From positions 1-56,101 of the forward strand of contig CANIRU010000004.1 of NCBI GenBank assembly GCA_947470025.1: 56,101 bases of DNA. The letters are read 5' to 3'. The DNA comes from Chloroflexota bacterium. GTDB lineage: Bacteria > Chloroflexota > Dehalococcoidia > UBA2979. A program made the position numbers and the translations under genes. Positions 49,762-56,101 of the stretch are shown piece by piece. Under the pieces are notes generated by a model. The model searched no databases. It saw only the letters and a program-made list of their open reading frames with translations, and was not told where the DNA came from. Position 1 is the stretch's first letter; the number at the start of each line of letters is the position of its first letter.

Positions 49762-52386
49762 CTAGATCACACCGTCCCGTTCGAGGTCGCTCATCTGGCT
49801 GCTGCTGAGGCCGAGCAGGTCGCCGTAGACGTACTCCGTGTGCTCGCGCAGCTGCGGGGCGCGGCGAGCCGGGACGGCGGGCGTCCTCGACAGTCGAGGC
49901 ACGAAGCGCTCAATGCCGACCTCGCCGATCTCGGGCGTGGCGATCACCGGGTACATCTCCCGGTGACGGAGCTGGGCGTCGTACTCCACGCGATCCTCGG
50001 CGCCCTGCACCGCAACGGCGATCACGCCCACCTGCTGGAGCACCGACTGGATCTCATAGCGACGTCGAGGTGCGGTCCACGTCGAGATGATCTCGTCGAG
50101 CGTGTCCTGGTGGGCGACGCGTGCCTCGTTCGTCGCGAAGCGCGGGTCGGCGAGCAACTCAGGCTTGCCGATCGCGGTGCAGAGCGCCTCGAACTGCGGC
50201 TGCGTCTCGGCGGCGATGAATACCCACCAGTCCTGCCCCTGCCGGTCGATGCCGGCGCAGCGGTAGGTGTTGTGCGGCGCGACCGCGGGCCACTCGCTGT
50301 GGTTGCCCGGCGGGAAGCCGGGGCGGCGCGTCGGCCGTCCATTGACCTGGTAGTCGAGGAAGTACGGGCCCAGCAGCGCCATGCCCGCCTCGGTGACCGC
50401 GTAGTCGACGCGCAGGCCCTCGCCGGTGCGCTTCGCCTGCATCAGGCCCATCAGCAGGCCCAGGCCGCTGCACCAGCCGCCCGTGACGTCCATGTATGAG
50501 TAGCCCCACCCGGCAGGCATCTTCCCCGGCAGGCCCGAGGTGAACGTCAGCCCGCTCGCGCCCTGCGCGATCTGTCCGTACGAACGGAAGCCCCCCCACT
50601 CGCCCTGGTGCCCGAAGCCCGAGGTGCTGTGGTAGACGAGCTTCGGGTTGAGCGCGTGCAGCTGATCCCAGCCGAGGTCCCAACTGGACAGCACGCCGCC
50701 GCTGAAGTTCTCGGTCAACGCGTCGCTCCGCTGGAGCAGGCGCTCGAAGAGCTTCTTGCCCTCCGGGTGCCTCGTGTTGAGGTTCACCGCGAGCTTGCCG
50801 CTGTGCAGCTGGTTCCAGTACGGGTGCGAGTAGTACGGCGTCGTGTTGGAGTCGCTCCGCCACGGACGGCCCGTCCACTCCTGCTGCTCCGCGCCGTTCG
50901 AGGGGTGCGCATCGAAGCGGTGGTCATCCGGTCGCAACGGCGGCTCGATGTGAATCACCTCGGCGCCGTACGGGGTGAGCATGCGCCCCGCGACCGGGCC
51001 GACCGTCTTCCACGAGAGGTCGATGATCCTCGTGCCGTTGAGGAAGCCCGGCGCGATCTCCGGCGCGTGCGCGGTGCGCTGCGACTCGCGAGGCGGCGTC
51101 GAGGTGACGTGCGCAGCGATGCGCGGCGCGGCCACGGGAGCGGAGTCAGCGGCCGCATGCACGACGCCGGTCCGGATCAGCGCGTTCGTGGCGGCCTCGT
51201 CGACATCGATCTCGGCGAGGATCGTGCGCGTGTGCTCACCGAGGTGCGGCGCACGCCGCGCGGGCCGCGAGCCGAGCGCGTCGGCGGAGAAGAGCGCGCG
51301 CGGGAAGGCCACCGACTTGCCGATCTCCGGCTGCTCCACGTCCACCCAGTAGCCGCGCTGCTTGAAGTGCTCGAACGCGAGGTTCTCCTCGGGCGCGCGG
51401 ATCACCGTCCACGGGATGCCGACCGTCTGGCCTCGGACGAACGCCTCGTCAGCAGGCACCTTCGCGCAGAGCGCCTCGAGCACCGGGTCGATGACAGCGC
51501 GGAGATTCCCGTTGCGGTAGGTCGCGTCGTTCCACTGCTCGTCCCACAGATCCTCGCCGACGCCGACCTCTTTGATCCACGCGACGAACTGCGGCCAGTT
51601 GCGGTCGTTGAACTGCGCGTTGGAGCCCTGGATGAACTTGCCGTCCGCCGTGGGCATCGCGGCAGGGCGTCCCTGCGTCGGCCGCGCGTGCTGCCCGGTC
51701 TGGCGCAGCAGGCCCTGGTTGTACCAGAGCCACTGCGGCACCGCCGCCTCGGTGCTGACCGCGACGCAGTCATGGATCGACAGGTCGACGTACTGACCGA
51801 GGCCGCTCGACAGCCGCTCGAAGAGCGCAGCGGTGATCGTGTGCGTGGCGATCACGCTCGACATGCTGAACGAGTGGTTGCGCTGCCCGCCGATCGGCGT
51901 CTCGCGTGGGTCGGAGTAGCCGCTGCTGCCCATCACCCCGCCCGACGCAAGGTGCGCGTGGTCGTTCATCGCGTGGTCGACCCACGGCCCGTCCTGGCCG
52001 AAGTCGGTGAGCGAGAGGTACACGAGGCCAGCGTTGCTCGGCGCGATCGAGGCGTAGTCGAGGCCGAGCGCGGCCAGCGTCCTCGGCTGCGTGCTCTCGA
52101 TGAAGACGTCCGCCGTCGCGAGCAAGCGGCGCAGCAGGTCCTGCCCCGGCGCACGCTCGATGTCAATGCAGATGCTGTCCTTGCCGGTGTTGAAGAACCA
52201 GTAGTCGAGGCAGCGGTCGGGGTCGGGCTGGTCCTGCACGAACGGGCCGGTCCACCTGGACGGGCTGCCGGCAATCGGCTCGACCTGGATCACGCGCGCG
52301 CCGGACTCCGCGAGCAATTTGCCCGCGAACTGGTTCCGGCGATCAGCCAGCTCGACGACGGTGAATCCCTCGAACACTCCGGGCAT
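49762..52386 (-). CDS. Tandem two-domain family III (CaiB/BaiF) CoA-transferase
   Basis: Two units: GKLLAESGARVIQVEP..NTGKDS..APHLGEHT and GPVAGRMLTPYGAEVIHIE..ENFS..GYSYMD..APQLREHT. Confidence 0.92.
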   Translation of the reverse strand: MPGVFEGFTVVELADRRNQFAGKLLAESGARVIQVEPIAGSPSRWTGPFVQDQPDPDRCLDYWFFNTGKDSICIDIERAPGQDLLRRLLATADVFIESTQPRTLAALGLDYASIAPSNAGLVYLSLTDFGQDGPWVDHAMNDHAHLASGGVMGSSGYSDPRETPIGGQRNHSFSMSSVIATHTITAALFERLSSGLGQYVDLSIHDCVAVSTEAAVPQWLWYNQGLLRQTGQHARPTQGRPAAMPTADGKFIQGSNAQFNDRNWPQFVAWIKEVGVGEDLWDEQWNDATYRNGNLRAVIDPVLEALCAKVPADEAFVRGQTVGIPWTVIRAPEENLAFEHFKQRGYWVDVEQPEIGKSVAFPRALFSADALGSRPARRAPHLGEHTRTILAEIDVDEAATNALIRTGVVHAAADSAPVAAPRIAAHVTSTPPRESQRTAHAPEIAPGFLNGTRIIDLSWKTVGPVAGRMLTPYGAEVIHIEPPLRPDDHRFDAHPSNGAEQQEWTGRPWRSDSNTTPYYSHPYWNQLHSGKLAVNLNTRHPEGKKLFERLLQRSDALTENFSGGVLSSWDLGWDQLHALNPKLVYHSTSGFGHQGEWGGFRSYGQIAQGASGLTFTSGLPGKMPAGWGYSYMDVTGGWCSGLGLLMGLMQAKRTGEGLRVDYAVTEAGMALLGPYFLDYQVNGRPTRRPGFPPGNHSEWPAVAPHNTYRCAGIDRQGQDWWVFIAAETQPQFEALCTAIGKPELLADPRFATNEARVAHQDTLDEIISTWTAPRRRYEIQSVLQQVGVIAVAVQGAEDRVEYDAQLRHREMYPVIATPEIGEVGIERFVPRLSRTPAVPARRAPQLREHTEYVYGDLLGLSSSQMSDLERDGVI

Positions 52387-52564
52387 GGCTGCACTCCCCG
52401 CGCTACGCGCTCGACGTTCGGCGCGTCTCCTCGTGACACGCGGGATGGTAGCGCACGAATCACGCGCGTTGTCCAACCGCCGGGAGTTCGCTGCATGAGC
52501 GCCGGACATGTAGACGGGCGCCCCTCTCGGAGCGCCCGTCCTCGAATGTCGCTCAGCCGCGAGG

Positions 52565-54082
52565 CTAACTGCGCGTCACCGTGACACCGGTCACCGTCGT
52601 GAACCCGACGGGGAACGCTGCCTCGAACGCCGACCGCAGGAAGGCGGGGGCGCCCACGATCAGCAGACGGAACGCACCGGTGCTGTCCTGCACCCACGCG
52701 CCCGTGCCGCCGGCGGCGCTGGTCGCCGCGTCGAGCTGAGCGACCGTGCCGCCGGTGAAGACGACCTGCGCCATCTTGCCGCTGCCGAAGTTCGGCGGCG
52801 ACGAGAAGGTGCCGGTGCCCGTGCCAGCGGTCAGTGCGAGGCCCGGCGGCAGGACGAATCCGCCCGGCTCGAACGTCACGGTCTGAGACGTCATCGCCCC
52901 GTTCACCGAGAACGAGATGACGTCGCCGGTCGCAGCTGTGAGCGCCGGGATGTCGAGGACCCAGTTGCCGCCGCTGTCGGCCATTGCCGTGGCGACCGTC
53001 ATTCCATGGTTGAGCGCGAGCACCGTTTCCCCCGCAGTCAGGCCTGAGCCGTACGCCTGGTACGGCAGCAGGTCAGTCCCCGTCGTCGGGCCCGTGCCCA
53101 CGACCAGCGAGTAGGTGCCATTGCCGCCCGACTGCCACGTCGCGGCGGGCGTCGCGACGGCGGTGTTGCCGCCAACCGTGAACCCGACTGTCGCCCCCGC
53201 AGTGGGAGCGCACGAGGCCGTCGAAACGATCGAGAGCGACCACATGCCCGCGTTGCTGACCGTCGCGGAGGCGCAGACGGTCCCATTGATGTACGCGGCG
53301 ACCAGGCTACCGCTGGTCAGTCCGCCGCCGGAGAAGGACGCCGTACCATTCGTGGACGTCGTCCCGGTGATCGGCGTCAGCGTGTATCCGTACGTGTCCA
53401 GCGGCAGCCCTCGCGGACGCCACTCCGCCGTGGGCGATGCCGTCGCCGGCACACCGTTGAGCGTGAACGCCACGGGCGAGCCCGGCTGCGGACGGCAGCG
53501 CGCGTCGGCGCGAATCAGGATCGACCACTGCCCGGACCGGCTCGCGATCGTCGTGCCGCACAGCAGGCCGTTGATGTACGCGCTGACTCGATCGCCGCGG
53601 TTCAAGGACTGACCGTAGAAGTAGTCCTGGAACGAACGGTGGTCGTTGTCGTACTTGCGCCGGTTGTCGTCCCACCGATCGTCCTTCGGCTTCGGAGTCG
53701 GAGTCGGCGTGGCGGTGGGGGCCGGAGTCGGGGCCGGGGTCGGCGTCACGACGACGTTGGTCACGTTGATCGACAGCGACTTCATCGCCACGTGGTAACC
53801 GCCGTCAGACAGCAGCACCACGAAATTGTACGTACCGGTCGCGCTCGGTGTGCCTTCGATGAGGCCCGTCGAGGTGTTCAGCGAGAGGTCCGGCGGCAGT
53901 ACGCCTGAAGAGATCGACCAGCTGTACGGGGCGACGCCGCCGATCACGCCCAGCGTCTGGGAGTACGCAACCGTCTTCACGCCACCGGGCAGCGAGTTCG
54001 TCGAGACGACCAGCGTCGCGGCAGCGGTGATGTTCAGCGGGTAGGTCGCCGTCGCCGTGTGCGACGCGGAGTCCGCCACCAA
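52565..54082 (-). pseudogene. 5'-truncated cell-surface protein: putative Ig (He_PIG-like) domain, P/T linker, three beta-modules, conserved C-terminal domain
   Basis: Begins mid-Ig with no signal peptide or RBS; GGVAPYSWSISSGVLPPDLSLN..GLIEGTP; PTPAPTPAPTATPTPTP; shared C-domain. Confidence 0.8.
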
Positions 54083-54833
54083 CCCGCACCGCCTGGCCGA
54101 TGCCGCTCAGCACGCCGTGGTACGCGAAGAGCTCCGACTTCCGGAACGGCTGGGCCTGCCGCAGATCCTCGAACTGGATCGGGTGGTTGCTCGCGATCGC
54201 GAGATCCGCGAACGACCCGGTGCGCGGTCCGATCTTCCAAAGCGCGAGGAACTCCTCGTCCCACCCACGCCCGGTGACCTGGCCGAGGTAACTCGACCCC
54301 ACCTCGATACGCATGCTGCGAGTCAGCGGCACGTCCAGGAGCCGTTCCAGCGCCGCCAGCGCCTCCTCGAACAACTCGTCGATGGGCGAGTCGGTCAGCG
54401 CTCGGTTGGCGATGCGGCGCAGCGCCTGCTGGCGCTCGGCCAGCTCCTGCGCGCGGGTCTCGCTGGCACGCAGGGCTTTGACGTCGATCACTGTCGCCGA
54501 CACGCCGATGACCGTGTCCTGGACGCGGACCGGGAACCAGTACACGTGGAACCCGCGAAGCCGTCCACCATCCTCCGGGTCAGGCAGCGACATGTCGAAG
54601 TCCGACGCCTCGCCGGCGAGGACCTCGGCGAACCGTTCCGCGACCAGCGGCCACACCTGGGGCCAGAGGTCGGCAACGGTGCGCCCGAGCTGCTCCTGCA
54701 TGGAGTGCTTGTTCATCGCCACGAAGCCGTCGCTGGCGAACATGAGACGCGCGCTCGTGTCGAGCAGCGCAAGGCCGACCCCTTGCGCAGGGTCAGGCAA
54801 CGAACGATCGGCCGCAGGCAACTGGCCGGTCAT
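54083..54833 (-). pseudogene. 3'-truncated PAS-GAF sensor protein
   Basis: PAS (GLALLD..LGRTVADLWP..YWFPVR..VIGVSATVIDV), coiled coil ELAERQQAL, GAF (HPIQFEDL..YHGVLSGIGQAVRVGG); frame then degrades with no output domain. Confidence 0.75.
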
Positions 54834-55053
54834 AGACGCTCCGGGGATCGGTGGTCGGTCTCCGTGTGCCGGCATCATGCTCGACGGCGGCACCGCATAT
54901 CTATTGCATGATGCAGGACGCCGCAACGTTTTCGTGATCTGCGCGTTCGCGCCGGCCCATCGGTATTCCCGCATACCATGGGCGGGCCAGACGCCACCCC
55001 GAGGCCACCACCCGAGCGGACGCGGTGGTCGCGAGGAGCGCCGGGGCGGGACG

Positions 55054-55659
55054 CTACGTCTCGACGGGTGCCTCGGTCGTGACCTCGAGGCCGACGAAGG
55101 CGCGGCCGCGCGGACTGAGCCGGTAGCCGACGTCAAGGCTCTCCGTCAGGCCCAGCGCCTTGAGTCGCCGCACGTCCGCCTTGAACCGCACCAGTTCGCG
55201 GTCGAAGCGCTCCGCGAGGTCGGCGGCGCGGGTGCCCTCGTGCTCCGCGATCGTGCGCAGCAGTTCCATCGTCCATGCACCGCGTCCGCCGCCGTCCATC
55301 CGCGCCAGGCCGGACGCGATCGTCGCGCGGTCCTCGTCGCTCAGCGCGCCGTCCGCGGCCAGCAGCGCACGCTCGTCCCGCACGTCGCCGCGGTAGCGGA
55401 ACCCGATACGGTAGAGGTCACCCTCGAACCCGTCGAGGTCTTCCAGCAGCTCGTTCGCGGAGTCGTAGCCCGCGGCGATCGCGTCCGCATCGTCGAGCTG
55501 GGACGGCGCGATCACCTCAACCTCGGTCGCTTCGACGAAGCCTCCCGTGTACAGACGGTAGATGCCGCCCGTGCGCGCCTGCGGGCGCTTCCACCGACGG
55601 ACGGTGAGCGTGATCAGGCCGCGGCGGATCGGCTCGTGGAACTGTTCGGCAAAGAGCAT
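55054..55659 (-). CDS. ASCH-like domain plus C-terminal winged-helix protein
   Basis: IRRGLITLTVRRWKRP, LDDADAIAAGY, LYRIGF; then RAADLA..FKADVRRLKALGLTESLDVGYRLSPRG; TACACT 6 nt before ATG. Confidence 0.75.
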   Translation of the reverse strand: MLFAEQFHEPIRRGLITLTVRRWKRPQARTGGIYRLYTGGFVEATEVEVIAPSQLDDADAIAAGYDSANELLEDLDGFEGDLYRIGFRYRGDVRDERALLAADGALSDEDRATIASGLARMDGGGRGAWTMELLRTIAEHEGTRAADLAERFDRELVRFKADVRRLKALGLTESLDVGYRLSPRGRAFVGLEVTTEAPVET

Positions 55660-55679
55660 GCAGTCAGTGTACGCGGAGG

Positions 55680-56101
55680 CTACCGGACCAGCGTCACGGC
55701 GGTGTTCGCGGCGATGCCCGCCGCGAACTTCGTGCGGAACGGCTCGTTCACGAACGTCGGGCCGTTCACCACGAACAGCAGGAACGCGCCCGATGAATCC
55801 TGGGCCCACACGCCCTTCGCCTCGCCGGCCTGCGCTGCGGCCTCGAGCTGCGCGACGGAGCCGCCGCCGTACACGACGAGCGCCATGCTGCCGGTGCCGA
55901 ACCGGGGCGACGTCACGAACGCGCCCGTCCCAGTCGCCGGCACTGGCGCCAGGGATGTCGAGGTGGGTGTGGCGGAGAACATCCCGACGAGGGTCCCGCA
56001 GGCGCTGTCGTTCCCCTGCGCGACGAACGACCCGCCCACGGCGGTCGGCGCGCTGACGACGGCCACGCTCCCGGTTGCGATCGACTTCGCGAGGTACGTC
56101 C
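55680..56101 (-). CDS. C-terminal part of a protein with the conserved ~81-aa C-terminal domain (runs off the window)
   Basis: Frame stays open to the window end (..TYLAKSIATGSVAVV..); ends GAFVTSPRFG..GVWAQD..AVTLVR. Confidence 0.8.
   Translation of the reverse strand, partial: TYLAKSIATGSVAVVSAPTAVGGSFVAQGNDSACGTLVGMFSATPTSTSLAPVPATGTGAFVTSPRFGTGSMALVVYGGGSVAQLEAAAQAGEAKGVWAQDSSGAFLLFVVNGPTFVNEPFRTKFAAGIAANTAVTLVR

Noticed and set aside
53690-53750. GGAGTC/GGGGTC short tandem repeats as a CRISPR or VNTR
   Set aside because: They encode the Pro/Thr linker; no spacers or cas genes anywhere in the window.
53805-55136. 443-aa ORF taken as one intact protein
   Set aside because: Only the central PAS-GAF part looks like real protein; the tail is an alternative frame of the Ig gene.

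Overview
56-kb, very GC-rich, mostly core-chromosome segment, most likely from a Chloroflexota/Dehalococcoidia-type bacterium. This placement is an inference from the FtsK motor insertion, an AGAAC-N4-GTTCT-like LexA box, yebC-ruvC-ruvA without ruvB near uvrB, and LLM monooxygenase, family-III CoA-transferase and SMP-30 genes. It carries rnj-ftsK, uvrB, ruvC-ruvA, panBC with a pan-motif RNA leader, polA-mutM, an FtsX-type ABC exporter, ltaE, fbp plus class I aldolase, malic enzyme, SulP, lspA-rluD-gltX, a UbiA/DprE1/DprE2 lipid-linked arabinose donor module and 8 intact tRNAs. Most notable: (1) three otherwise unrelated proteins (30.6 kb, 52.6 kb, 55.7 kb) end in the same gap-free ~81-aa C-terminal domain that I cannot assign to any known family, a candidate new cell-surface sorting/anchoring system; (2) a circularly permuted CcdA; (3) an out-of-frame junction at ~54,083 joining a PAS-GAF sensor N-terminus to an Ig-domain surface-protein C-terminus; (4) a decayed islet at tRNA-Glu(CTC) with two displaced tRNA 3' fragments, and an MmeI-like R-M remnant behind tRNA-Cys; (5) apparently catalytically altered alpha/beta-hydrolase and NnrE. 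No CRISPR array, rRNA or intact integrase was seen. All calls are from motif recognition by eye; no database searches were run.
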